DNA of 50,737 nt from Candidatus Peregrinibacteria bacterium (GCA_016196295.1 JACPYA010000041.1:1-50737); one strand, 5' to 3'; positions 19,734 to 28,879 are shown, counted from the first letter of the stretch. Numbers and translations: made by a program. Notes: a model not told the origin generated them from the letters alone.

Positions 19734-19780
19734 ACGGATGCTATGACGCGGATGGGAAGGGGAAATTACATGGTCAAAAG

Positions 19781-19846
19781 GGACGACAAAGATGCCAAGG
19801 ACGACAACGAGCGGCTTCCTTGTCGTCTTTGTACTCTTTGTCGTCT
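19781..19846. repeat. Inverted pair of 9-mer tandem arrays
   Basis: gacgacaaa gatgccaag gacgacaac ... cttgtcgtc tttgtactc tttgtcgtc at the M23 gene stop. Confidence 0.7.
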
Positions 19847-20382
19847 TACCCTCGTGCAATATTTTTTAGATACTGCGTATCCGAAAAAGTCATCGAAAGA
19901 TACTCCTGGGCGGTATCGGCATATTCCGCATCGTAATGTAAATCCTGGTCGAGCCAGAGTCTCGTAAATTCGGTCACGTCTACTGCTCCGTCGTAGCCAT
20001 TGTCTTTGTTCTGCACGACGCCGCTCTTGAGGATCTTGTACGTCCAGTGCAGGTGCGGGCCGGTCGCGTGGCCGGTCTTGCCGCTCTCGCCGACGGGATC
20101 GCCCTGATAGATGTTCTGTCCCGTCGTGACGGTCGTCTTCGACAGGTGCGCAAGGAGGCTCCTGCGCTTGCCATCGTCAATCGTCACGGAGAGGCCGTAC
20201 CCCGCAATGCCCTCATCTTTCACCGTCGCGATGCCATCGTGGGGCGCATAGACGATCGTTCCTTCCGGAATGCCAAAATCAATCCCATTGTGACCCGCAA
20301 GTCCGAAGGGCAGATAGAGATCCGGGTTCTGTCCGAACCCTTGGGTAATGAGCGGCGCGCCGGGGATGGGTGAGAAAATCAT
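19846..20382 (-). CDS. M23 family metallopeptidase
   Basis: HNGIDF (HxxxD), AHLS, TGPHLH (HxH). Confidence 0.92.
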   Translation of the reverse strand: MIFSPIPGAPLITQGFGQNPDLYLPFGLAGHNGIDFGIPEGTIVYAPHDGIATVKDEGIAGYGLSVTIDDGKRRSLLAHLSKTTVTTGQNIYQGDPVGESGKTGHATGPHLHWTYKILKSGVVQNKDNGYDGAVDVTEFTRLWLDQDLHYDAEYADTAQEYLSMTFSDTQYLKNIARG

Positions 20383-20396
20383 AGGGAAAAGGAGGC

Positions 20397-20496
20397 GGTT
20401 TTTGGTTTATGGTTTTTTGTTTTTCGTTCGGCAGATATACGAATGAAATCGCGTGTTCTCGGAAAACGAAAAACCAAAAACGAATCAACGAAAAAC
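20397..20496. repeat. Inverted pair of heptamer arrays without an ORF
   Basis: (GGTTTTT)-like arm 20397-20430 and (AAAACGA/AAAACCA)-like arm 20461-20496 between gnd and the M23 gene. Confidence 0.75.
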
Positions 20497-20498
20497 AT

Positions 20499-21944
20499 TC
20501 ATTGCCATTTTGTATGAAATGAACCCGGTTTGTCCAATCGTTCATACGTGTGTGCACCAAAGTAATCGCGCTGCGCCTGCGTGAGATTTTGCGGCAGCCA
20601 AGCGGTGCGGTAGGCATCGAAGTAGGTGAGGGATGCGGCCAGCGCCGGGAGCGGGATGGCATGGAGCGCGCCGAGTGCGACGACTCTGCGCCACTGTAAC
20701 TGCCGTTCATCACTGAATCGATCTCGAATCTCCTTCGAGGCCTTCTCATCTCCTTTGAAAGATTCCTGAAAGATGGACAGCACATCGCTCCGGATGATGC
20801 ATCCTCCACGCCAGATTCGTGCGACCTCACTCACGTTCAGACTCCATTTTTCTTCGGCGCTGGGAACGAACAGCAGTTGAAAGCCTTGCGCGTAGGTATT
20901 CAGGACGGAAAGTTCGAGCGCGGCGCGAACCATTTCGATGAGCACTTTTTTGTCGTAGGACACGGAGGTATCCTTCGTAAGATTGGCATGTTTGCTCATC
21001 TGCATGCGGAAATCTCGACCTCCGGAGACGATGCGCGCATCGACCGCCGCGGTGATCGTCGGCACCGCGACGCCGTAGTGCATCGCGGCATCCGTGGTCC
21101 ACTTTCCAGTCCCCTTCTGACCGGCGGCATCCTTGATAACATCGATGAGGTCCTTCTTCGTGTCGGGATCTTTCTCGCGCATCACCTTTGCGGCGATCTC
21201 GACGAGGAAGGAATGCAAGTATCCCCCATTCCATGTTTCAAATGCCTGCGCGATGTCAGCGTTCGTCATGTTTCCCTCCACTTTGAGGAGGTGATACGCC
21301 TCCGCAAGGAGCTGCATGATCCCATACTCGATCCCGTTATGGACCATCTTCACGAAATGCCCTACGCCTCCTTTGCCGAGATACGTGACACACTTTCCTT
21401 TCGCGCCGCCTGTGGTGCCCGTCTCGGCGCGGCCGAGCCGCGACGGAAGCAAAGTCGAACCATCGTCGGCAGCCATCTTTTTGAGGAGGGGTTCAAGCAC
21501 AGCGTACGCCTCCTTCGATCCGCCCGGCATCATGCTTGGACCCTTCAGCGCCCCCTCTTCTCCACCGCTCACGCCGAGCCCGATCAGGTGAATCCCCTTC
21601 TCCAAAAGCTGCGCCTCGCGTTTCTCCGTATCCCTATAATGGCTGTTGCCGGCGTCGATCACGATATCTCCCTTCTGAAGATGGGGAAGCAATTCCTTCA
21701 GCACCTGATCGACCGCTTCGCCCGCTTTGACCATCAAAAGAATCGGGCGAGGAGGTTTGAGCGCTTTCGCAAGCTCCGCGTAGGTTTTACAGGCGACGAA
21801 GACCCCTTCCTTTCCGTGCTCTTCGATAAATGCATCAAGTTTTTCTTTCGTGCGATTGTACACGGCAACCGTTGCTCCATTGCGGGCGGCATTGCGGGCA
21901 AGGTTTGCCCCCATTGTGCCGAGGCCGATCAATCCTAGTTGCAT
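20499..21944 (-). CDS. gnd: 6-phosphogluconate dehydrogenase, with an in-frame palindromic insertion
   Basis: GLIGLGTMG, YNRT, GVSGGEEGA, VKMVHNGIEYG, QKGTGKWT, QAQRDYFGAHTYER. Confidence 0.97.
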   Translation of the reverse strand: MQLGLIGLGTMGANLARNAARNGATVAVYNRTKEKLDAFIEEHGKEGVFVACKTYAELAKALKPPRPILLMVKAGEAVDQVLKELLPHLQKGDIVIDAGNSHYRDTEKREAQLLEKGIHLIGLGVSGGEEGALKGPSMMPGGSKEAYAVLEPLLKKMAADDGSTLLPSRLGRAETGTTGGAKGKCVTYLGKGGVGHFVKMVHNGIEYGIMQLLAEAYHLLKVEGNMTNADIAQAFETWNGGYLHSFLVEIAAKVMREKDPDTKKDLIDVIKDAAGQKGTGKWTTDAAMHYGVAVPTITAAVDARIVSGGRDFRMQMSKHANLTKDTSVSYDKKVLIEMVRAALELSVLNTYAQGFQLLFVPSAEEKWSLNVSEVARIWRGGCIIRSDVLSIFQESFKGDEKASKEIRDRFSDERQLQWRRVVALGALHAIPLPALAASLTYFDAYRTAWLPQNLTQAQRDYFGAHTYERLDKPGSFHTKWQ

Positions 21945-22375
21945 GATATGTTGGTAGCTTGGTAGCTTGGTAGCGGGGTAGCTGGTTTGGAAGTTCCGAT
22001 GCGATTTGGTTTTGTATGTTCATGTAAATAACGCATTAATTTTGCTAGTTGTGCTCCGATTTTTTTGGTCATCGCTGAAGCCTCTTCAAATTCCTTTTCT
22101 AAGACATACCCATCGTCCAGACCGGGATACAGCAGAGATCGAACCTCTGCAGCTGAGCGCTTTGCATAACCGAGAAACATAATGAATTCTGGATTCGTGG
22201 TCGCATCGTTCCCCTCTGCAATATTCGCCATTATGGAAACCGTAGCTCTGCTAATTTGATCGGCCCAAGCCCAATCTTTTTTTGCAACCGCCCTTTTCGT
22301 AAATTTTCGAACCAGTCGCATTAAGCTGCGAGCTTCTTTCCACGCCTCTATGTCTTCAAAGGATGCGAATGCCAT
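21935..22375 (-). CDS. Four helix bundle protein (IVS protein/Avd-like), flanked by inverted octamer arrays
   Basis: SFEDIEAWKEAR, DQISRA.VSIMANIAEG, FL.YAKRSAAEVRS.L; arrays (GGTAGCTT)n 21951-21990 and (AAGCTACC)n 22391-22422. Confidence 0.92.
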   Translation of the reverse strand: MAFASFEDIEAWKEARSLMRLVRKFTKRAVAKKDWAWADQISRATVSIMANIAEGNDATTNPEFIMFLGYAKRSAAEVRSLLYPGLDDGYVLEKEFEEASAMTKKIGAQLAKLMRYLHEHTKPNRIGTSKPATPLPSYQATNISCN

Positions 22376-22409
22376 AAAAAAAAATTAACGAGCTACCAAG
22401 CTACCAATG

Positions 22410-23051
22410 CTACCCAGCTACCTTCTTCCAGTCATCCAAGAACCTCTTCAACCCGACATCCGTCAGCGCATGCTGCGGCAATTTCTTGAAGACATCGACC
22501 GGCACGGTGCAGATGTGTGCGCCGAGTTTGGCTGCATCGACGATGTGACGCGGATGACGCGTGGACGCGACGAGCACCTCACAATCGAAATCGTACTGGA
22601 GCCAGATCTGCATGATCTCTCCGATGAGCGCCATGCCGTTTTCCCCGATGTCATCGAGACGGCCGATGAACGGGCTGATGATGTTCGCCCCTGCTTTCGC
22701 CGCGAGGACCGCTTGTGCTGCGGAGAAAATCAAGGTCGTATTGGTGCGGATTCCCTTTGAACGGAAGTAATGCAGTGCCTTGAGCCCTTCCGTCGTCATC
22801 GGCACTTTCACGACCACGTGCTTATGCCAGCTCGCGTATTCTTCGCCCTGCTTCTTCATCCCTGCGAAATCCGTCGCCGTCACCTGCGCGCTGACGCACG
22901 GAACGTGCTTGCACATCTCGATGACCGTCTTCTTAAAATCTTTTCCTTCCTTGGCGACGAGGGACGGATTGGTCGTAACGCCGTCGAGCACTCCCCAGGA
23001 AGCGATCTCCGCTACACTTTCGACATTGGCAGTGTCTAGGAATAATTTCAT
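22410..23051 (-). CDS. tal: Transaldolase/fructose-6-phosphate aldolase (TalC/MipB type)
   Basis: MKLFLDTAN, GVTTNPSL, VVKVP, TNTTLIFS, SPFIGRLDD, LTDVGL..F..DW. Confidence 0.92.
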   Translation of the reverse strand: MKLFLDTANVESVAEIASWGVLDGVTTNPSLVAKEGKDFKKTVIEMCKHVPCVSAQVTATDFAGMKKQGEEYASWHKHVVVKVPMTTEGLKALHYFRSKGIRTNTTLIFSAAQAVLAAKAGANIISPFIGRLDDIGENGMALIGEIMQIWLQYDFDCEVLVASTRHPRHIVDAAKLGAHICTVPVDVFKKLPQHALTDVGLKRFLDDWKKVAG

Positions 23052-23070
23052 AAAGTATGGTAATGGAATG

Positions 23071-23137
23071 CCGCCTGCCCCGCACTTATCGGAGCGAAGC
23101 GAAGATATGGTGCGGGGTATCTAAGAATAATTTCATA
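23071..23137 (-). repeat. Dead duplicate of the tal 5' end interrupted by a palindrome
   Basis: Minus strand ATGAAATTATTCTTAGATAC[cccgcacc...gtgcggggcagg]... encodes MKLFLDT, as does the real start at 23051. Confidence 0.75.
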
Positions 23138-23182
23138 GAAAGACGCGTAAAGCTCTGCCATACTACTCGTCTTACACTGCGT

Positions 23183-23938
23183 ATGCGATCCCGATTTTTT
23201 CTCTCCATCGGCATGCTCTCGGTTCTGCTCTTCGCGTGCGAGCGCCCCCCGGAAGTGGTCTTCGAATCCCCTTCACGAAGCTCATCCTCGGCTTCTTCGC
23301 AGCGCCTGGAGGTGAACGCAGAAGCATCGTCGAATGCATCCTTTATACAGCAGCAGATGGATCCTGTGACCATTCCCGGAAGCGTTTTGATCAAGATGGT
23401 CTTTGCACCGCAGGCCCCTCACGCAAACTGGGATGAGCCGTACCAGGAAGCGTGCGAGGAAGCTTCCCTCATTATCGTCCATCACTACCTCACGGGCGCT
23501 CCCCTCTCGCGAGAGGATGCCGACCGGGAGATCCTCGCGATGGTCGCGTGGGAGAATGAACATTTCGGAGGGTACGAAGACACGACGGCCGCGCAAGTAA
23601 AACAAATCGCCGAGGAGCATCTCGGCCGCTCCGCGGAGGTCACGTACGATCCGACGATCGAAGACATCAAGCAGCAGCTCGCGCGCGGCAATCCCGTGAT
23701 CGTTCCGGCCGCGGGGCGCGACCTGGGCAATCCCTACTTCAGCGGCGAGGGCCCGTGGTACCACATGCTCGTCATCGTCGGCTATGACGAAGATGAATTC
23801 GTCACGCACGACGTCGGCACGCGGCGCGGCGAAAACTACCGGTACGGCCAACAGGTCCTCTACGATGCCATCCACGACTGGACCGGCGTGAAGGAAGAGA
23901 TTCGCAGCGGCAGGAAAGCGATGATTGTCCTCAGGTAG
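23183..23938 (+). CDS. Lipoprotein with peptidase C39-like domain
   Basis: LLFAC lipobox; QAP..NW...YQEACEEAS, YHMLVIVGYD, THDVG. Confidence 0.8.
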   Translation: MRSRFFLSIGMLSVLLFACERPPEVVFESPSRSSSSASSQRLEVNAEASSNASFIQQQMDPVTIPGSVLIKMVFAPQAPHANWDEPYQEACEEASLIIVHHYLTGAPLSREDADREILAMVAWENEHFGGYEDTTAAQVKQIAEEHLGRSAEVTYDPTIEDIKQQLARGNPVIVPAAGRDLGNPYFSGEGPWYHMLVIVGYDEDEFVTHDVGTRRGENYRYGQQVLYDAIHDWTGVKEEIRSGRKAMIVLR

Positions 23939-24602
23939 ACCCGAGGCGCGTATTGAGTTTCTGAATTTCTTGCTGTTTCATGCGGAGCTCCGCTGCTCGC
24001 TGACGGACTTCCTTCTCCATTTCTTGAGCCGCTTGCAATTCTTTTTGCGCGAGAGCCGCTCGCTTGCGCGCCTCTTCCTGCTCTTTGAGATGGAGCTTTT
24101 GCTCCAGATCCCTGGATTTACGGTCTGCCTCTGTGATTTTGCGCGATGCACGAATACTGCGCCGTGCCGCTTCTTTGAGTGTGACCATGCCTTGTATGAC
24201 GTCACACCTCATCCGGACTTACATATCTTTTTTCTGTGCAAAGAGACCAAAGGTTGCTTTTTGTGTTGCCGTAAGCCCCGCATAAAATTCTTCGTATGCT
24301 CTTCGTGTTTCTTCATCTGCGCCTTCCAAGTAATCGTCAAGGAGATCCTCGCCTGTCTGTTGGATCGAGAGCCCGTGTCTTCGTGCCGCCGTCTCATTGA
24401 CGAACAACGTATCCCCGGTACCCTGTTCCTCCGTATGATGTGTCGTATCGGCGTCAATCGTCTCTTCATCCTCGATCATTTTTTGCAGGCACCGCTGAAA
24501 TGCCTGTTGCAGACAGAGTCGATTGATCTTCATTGTCCCCTGCCCATCGAAGGGACTGCCGGCAGCCGGAAGCATCTCGAAGTGATCCGATAGTGCGACC
24601 AT
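23931..24602 (-). pseudogene. Hypothetical coiled-coil protein split by one in-frame TAA (24219-24221)
   Basis: ORFs 24219-24602 and 23931-24212 share a frame: ...KKDM*VRMRCD... Confidence 0.45.
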
Positions 24603-24703
24603 AAGTTGGCGGCATTATTGGCATTCGCGCCTCTATGTCAATTTGATCGTTTGCTTGAGCTGAGAATCCTTCATCCCTACACTCAAAATGACCGCAGGCG
24701 GGA

Positions 24704-27148
24704 ATGCCTGCCGCTCCCCTTTCATCCATGCCCCGTTCCAGACCTCCGAAAGAAACACTCATCGGGAAAGATCCGTCCATTGTTCCCCTTTCGATGCAGC
24801 GAATCTTCCAGACACAGGAGCAGGTGGAAAGCATCTGGATTGGGCCAGAAGATGCCAAAAAGTTGAGCACAGATGACCTGAAAGCCTACGACCTCGCGAA
24901 GAAGATCATGGCGCACCTCTGCATCCAGGCGCCGACCAAACACAAGTCCGGGCACCCCGGCGGACCGCTTTCCTCTTTCACGTTCGCCTACTTCCTCTAT
25001 AAGCGCCGTGATCTGTCTACCGATGCGCCCTTTCGCATGAGCGCCGGGCATTTGAGCCTGCTTGCCTACGGGCTCCAATGGCTGTTCCATCGCGAGGGAT
25101 CCGACCCTCGACTCCAGAGTCCTCAGACGATCATCGATGCGTTCAGGGTTCCCGACGGGCTTCCCGGTCACGTGGAGGCGGGCATCGGCGACATCCCGTT
25201 CGGCGCGGGCCCGCTGGGGAAAGGCGTCAGCAATGCCCTCGGTGTCGCGTTTGGCATGCAGTACCTGAAGAAACAGGGTGCCGTCGATGTCCTGATGGCG
25301 GACGGCGACGCGCAAGAAGGACAGATCATGGAAGCCTTCCGTCTTGCATCGCACTTGGGACTCGGAAACCTTCTCGTTCACGGAGATTTCAACGACATTC
25401 AGTTGAGCGATATGCCGAGCCGCACGGTGGCTGCGGACTTCGCGCAGATCGCGAAGGCAGCAGGGTGGCAAGTGATCGAGGTGCAGAATGGGAATGACCC
25501 GGGACAAGCGGTCGCGGGGCTCGACCTCGCCGATACGCTCCGATCCAAAGGCAAACCCATCTTCCTCTGCTACTACACGACCATGGGCCACGGCGTGAAG
25601 GTGATGGAGGAAGGCTCGAACACCGGGAAGGCGAACTACCACGGCTCGCCGCTCAAAGATGACGTCGCGGCGCAGGCGCTGAAGGATCTGCCCCCACTCG
25701 AGGAGCTTGTCACGCAGTACCAGCCGTACCGACGACAGTGGAAAGTGGAAAGTGCAAAGTGGAAAGCCGGTCCATTGTCTCCCCCGCCGAAAATCGAGAG
25801 AACCATCACGGCGGAAAAAGGCGCGGCGCGGCAGGACTTCGGCGCGGTGCACCTGAAAAATCTCATGAACGCCGATGCGCGCATCGTCATCCTGCACGCG
25901 GACCTCGCGGCGTCCGGCGGCTTCGACCCTTCGGCGCGCTTCGCTTGCTCAGGGCAAGCACCTCGCGTCATAAACGTTGGCGTGGCGGAAGCGAACATGT
26001 ACATGATGGCGGCGGGGATGCGCCAAGCGGGACTGCTCCCGGTGACCTACACGTTCGCGGCTTTCGGCACGAATGAAGCGAGGGCGAACGCGCGCCTCAT
26101 TGACATCAATTGCGGCCACACGCGCTGCGCGGTGCTCCACGACTGCACGCACGCGGGGCTCTCCGTCGGCGAAGACGGCGAGACGCATCAAGAGCGAAAT
26201 TACCTGAATATCCCGCTGGACCGCACGCAGGTCTGGATGCCAGGCGACAGCAACCAAGCGGCGGCGATGGCGGAACGCGGGATGGAGCTGATCGCGGAAG
26301 GCACGACGAGCGTCTATGTCTTCTTCCCCCGGAGCGGCCACGAGCAGCTGAAAACTCCCACAGGCGAAGTGATCTACGGAAAAGAGTATCGCTTCGACGG
26401 CAAAATCGACCTCATCCGCGGCAAAAACGACGCAACCGACCAGGTGACGATCATCGCGACGGGCATCCCCGTCCATGATGCGGTGCTGGCCGCGGATGCC
26501 CTCGCAGCGAATGGACGAGTGGAAAGAGGAAAGAGGAAAGAGGAAAAAGAACGGACAAAACTTTCCACTTTCCACTCTCCACTTTCAACTTCTCCGCACT
26601 TTCCACTTTCCCTGCCCGTCCGGCAGGCGGGCACTTTCAATTTTCCACTTCGTGTAAGAGTGCTGAACGTCTCCTGCGTCCGCCCCATCGACGCCTCGGC
26701 GATCATCCAGGCGGCGCTCGAGACGTCGCATTTGATCGTCGTCGAAGATCACCACAGTGAAGGAGGACTCGCGACGCAGGTCGCAGACATCATCGCGGAC
26801 TTCCAGCTCCCCTGCTCGCTGCGCCGTCTCGGCGTGAACCACTATTTTCCCTCCGGCACGGACAAAGACCTCAAGTTCCTCGCCGGTCTCGACTGGGAGA
26901 GCATCGTGAACGCGGTGCTGGATGAATTACACTCGGAAGTGACGGGAGGCGAAGATGCTCTTGTAACAGCCATTTTTGCGATGTCGAAGAATGCGAAAGA
27001 GAGCCGGTTCCAGGATGCCGCGGCACCCTTCATCGATCGGCTCAAAAACGAGAAAGGCTATCTGGAATCCTTGCGAGCCGCGTGGGCGAAGCGCTCCTGT
27101 CCGCCGGAGAAGCTGCCGGACAATGCGCGGCTCAGAAGTCTGATCTGA
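24704..27148 (+). CDS. tkt: Transketolase with three in-frame repeat-derived insertions
   Basis: SGHPGG, SAGH, LPGH, GPLGKG, ThDP motif DGDAQEG...N, NVGVAEANM, GEDGETHQ, VEDH...GGL. Confidence 0.92.
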   Translation: MPAAPLSSMPRSRPPKETLIGKDPSIVPLSMQRIFQTQEQVESIWIGPEDAKKLSTDDLKAYDLAKKIMAHLCIQAPTKHKSGHPGGPLSSFTFAYFLYKRRDLSTDAPFRMSAGHLSLLAYGLQWLFHREGSDPRLQSPQTIIDAFRVPDGLPGHVEAGIGDIPFGAGPLGKGVSNALGVAFGMQYLKKQGAVDVLMADGDAQEGQIMEAFRLASHLGLGNLLVHGDFNDIQLSDMPSRTVAADFAQIAKAAGWQVIEVQNGNDPGQAVAGLDLADTLRSKGKPIFLCYYTTMGHGVKVMEEGSNTGKANYHGSPLKDDVAAQALKDLPPLEELVTQYQPYRRQWKVESAKWKAGPLSPPPKIERTITAEKGAARQDFGAVHLKNLMNADARIVILHADLAASGGFDPSARFACSGQAPRVINVGVAEANMYMMAAGMRQAGLLPVTYTFAAFGTNEARANARLIDINCGHTRCAVLHDCTHAGLSVGEDGETHQERNYLNIPLDRTQVWMPGDSNQAAAMAERGMELIAEGTTSVYVFFPRSGHEQLKTPTGEVIYGKEYRFDGKIDLIRGKNDATDQVTIIATGIPVHDAVLAADALAANGRVERGKRKEEKERTKLSTFHSPLSTSPHFPLSLPVRQAGTFNFPLRVRVLNVSCVRPIDASAIIQAALETSHLIVVEDHHSEGGLATQVADIIADFQLPCSLRRLGVNHYFPSGTDKDLKFLAGLDWESIVNAVLDELHSEVTGGEDALVTAIFAMSKNAKESRFQDAAAPFIDRLKNEKGYLESLRAAWAKRSCPPEKLPDNARLRSLI

Positions 27149-27175
27149 GAGATCAGCCGTTCAGGCGGCGGAGCA

Positions 27176-28255
27176 TCAGTACTTCCTCGTTCCATTGAGC
27201 ATGATGGTCAATCCCGATCCCGCGATGGTGGAGCCGACCTGGTCGATGGAGAACCGGATGACCGACCCCTCGGTGAGCGCCGTGGTGCTGAAGATGCCGG
27301 TCTTGGCGCTCGTCTTCGCGCTCACCGCGATTTGCGGCTTCGTCGAGTAGATGCTCGTTCCATCTTTGAAGACATCGACGATGATCGCGGCGCCGGTCGG
27401 CGCGACATTCACGCGGAGACTTCCCGTGCCGAGCGTGATGCCGTACGGCATCGTCACCACGGCGCCGCCCGTGGCCGTCACGAAGAGTCCCCCTTCGAAG
27501 AACCAGACCATGGAACTCGTCGGTGTCTTCCAAACGGGAGCGGACAAGCCCTGCGAGAGGATGATCTGCCCGGACGTTCCTTGCGCCGTGCGGCTGAGCG
27601 TCCCGCCGCTCGTGAAGGCGATCGCGCCCGAGCTCATAAAGTTGTTTGCCTTGATCAACGAACCGGAGATGTTTCCGGACACTCGCAGGTTGCTCTTGAA
27701 CCGTGACGCGTTGCTCACGACCAGCGATCCCGAAGCGTACAGGCCGCCGGTCACGTTCAGGTCGTCGCTGAATTCAAACCGGTCTTCGGCGTTCAGGAAC
27801 TTCAAGGTCTCGTTCGTCGAGTCGGAACCGAACGTGAGGACGGCGTCCGCTGCTCCACTATCCGAATTGATGGAGAGGTCCGCCTTCGTTTTGACCTCGC
27901 CGCTCACCGTGAGCGTTCCCGAACCCGTGATATTGCCCTGCACGTGGAGGTCGTCGGTGAATTCAAAGCGAGCCGGGGCGCGGTTCCAGTAGAGTTTCTC
28001 ATTGAGCGTGCCGCCGAAGCGGATCTCGACGTCCGTCAGCTGGTCGCCCTCGTCGATGACTTGGAAGGATTCGGTATTCACGAGCAGCGTCGGGCTCCAG
28101 CTGGAGGTCGCGGCAGAGACCCCCGTGCTCGCGAGCAGGACCATCGGAGCGAGGAGCCCCGCAAGGACGCGGGACAGGCTTCGCTTCGTGCAGTGCCGGC
28201 GATGGCGCAAGGCGCGGATCACGGCTGAGGAGGGCAAGAGGAAGATGCGGGACAC
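27176..28255 (-). CDS. Secreted beta-rich fibre/adhesin-like protein (paralogue of 36255-37796)
   Basis: Signal peptide, WSPTLLVNTESFQ.IDEGD domain, one ~63-aa repeat unit, distinct C-terminal domain. Confidence 0.7.
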   Translation of the reverse strand: MSRIFLLPSSAVIRALRHRRHCTKRSLSRVLAGLLAPMVLLASTGVSAATSSWSPTLLVNTESFQVIDEGDQLTDVEIRFGGTLNEKLYWNRAPARFEFTDDLHVQGNITGSGTLTVSGEVKTKADLSINSDSGAADAVLTFGSDSTNETLKFLNAEDRFEFSDDLNVTGGLYASGSLVVSNASRFKSNLRVSGNISGSLIKANNFMSSGAIAFTSGGTLSRTAQGTSGQIILSQGLSAPVWKTPTSSMVWFFEGGLFVTATGGAVVTMPYGITLGTGSLRVNVAPTGAAIIVDVFKDGTSIYSTKPQIAVSAKTSAKTGIFSTTALTEGSVIRFSIDQVGSTIAGSGLTIMLNGTRKY

Positions 28256-28842
28256 GGCGCTTCGTCAGGGCCCCGAAGCAGACGCGCGCGCAGCGCCTCT
28301 GTATTCGGAGACCCGAGAAGGACGAAGAGGAGAATCAGGTTGATGACGACGCTCGCGCACAGGAGGCCCATGGCAAATCTGCTCCATGCGAAACGCGGAG
28401 CGCGGGCTTCGCCGGTCTCCGGCGCCTGCTCTGCGCGCGCGACGGGCGCGGGGGCCGCCTGCGTTTCCGCAGGCCGTTCCACCGCGACCGGAACGGACGG
28501 CGTTGCATCCGCGGGCACCGTATGGAGCGCCGCGATGCAGGATCGCAGCTTCTCCGGGAACGGAGCGGGTTTATCCTCCAGGGACCGCAGATCATGCGGA
28601 TCGAACCTCTTCAGCCATCGATAAAACGTCGTCCGGGCGATGCCGAATGTCCGGCACGTCCTGCTGATGGACCGGTGCAGGGCGAAGTCCGAGAACCACG
28701 ACAGGCGCTCGACGACTTCGTGACGCATGTGCTCCTGCCGCGCGCGCGCGAGGAGGGACTGCAGGTGCTCGAAGCTGATGGGGAGCAGGGACACGGGGAT
28801 GGATGTTTGTGCGTGTGGAGCGCGATACCTGTCGCGCGACAA
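28219..28842 (-). CDS. IS481-like HTH protein with C-terminal TM helix and no integrase core
   Basis: RLSWF...SISRTCRTFGIARTTFYRWLKRFDP.DLRSLED; Pro/Ala linker; hydrophobic helix. Confidence 0.7.
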   Translation of the reverse strand: MSRDRYRAPHAQTSIPVSLLPISFEHLQSLLARARQEHMRHEVVERLSWFSDFALHRSISRTCRTFGIARTTFYRWLKRFDPHDLRSLEDKPAPFPEKLRSCIAALHTVPADATPSVPVAVERPAETQAAPAPVARAEQAPETGEARAPRFAWSRFAMGLLCASVVINLILLFVLLGSPNTEALRARLLRGPDEAPCPASSSCPPQP

Positions 28843-28850
28843 ATCCTGTT

Positions 28851-28879
28851 ATTATACGCCTGCGGCCCCTTTTCTTCAA
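28851..28879 (-). promoter_or_regulatory. Putative sigma70 promoter for the HTH gene (near-leaderless)
   Basis: TTGAAG-17 nt-TATAAT just upstream of TTG 28842. Confidence 0.55.
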
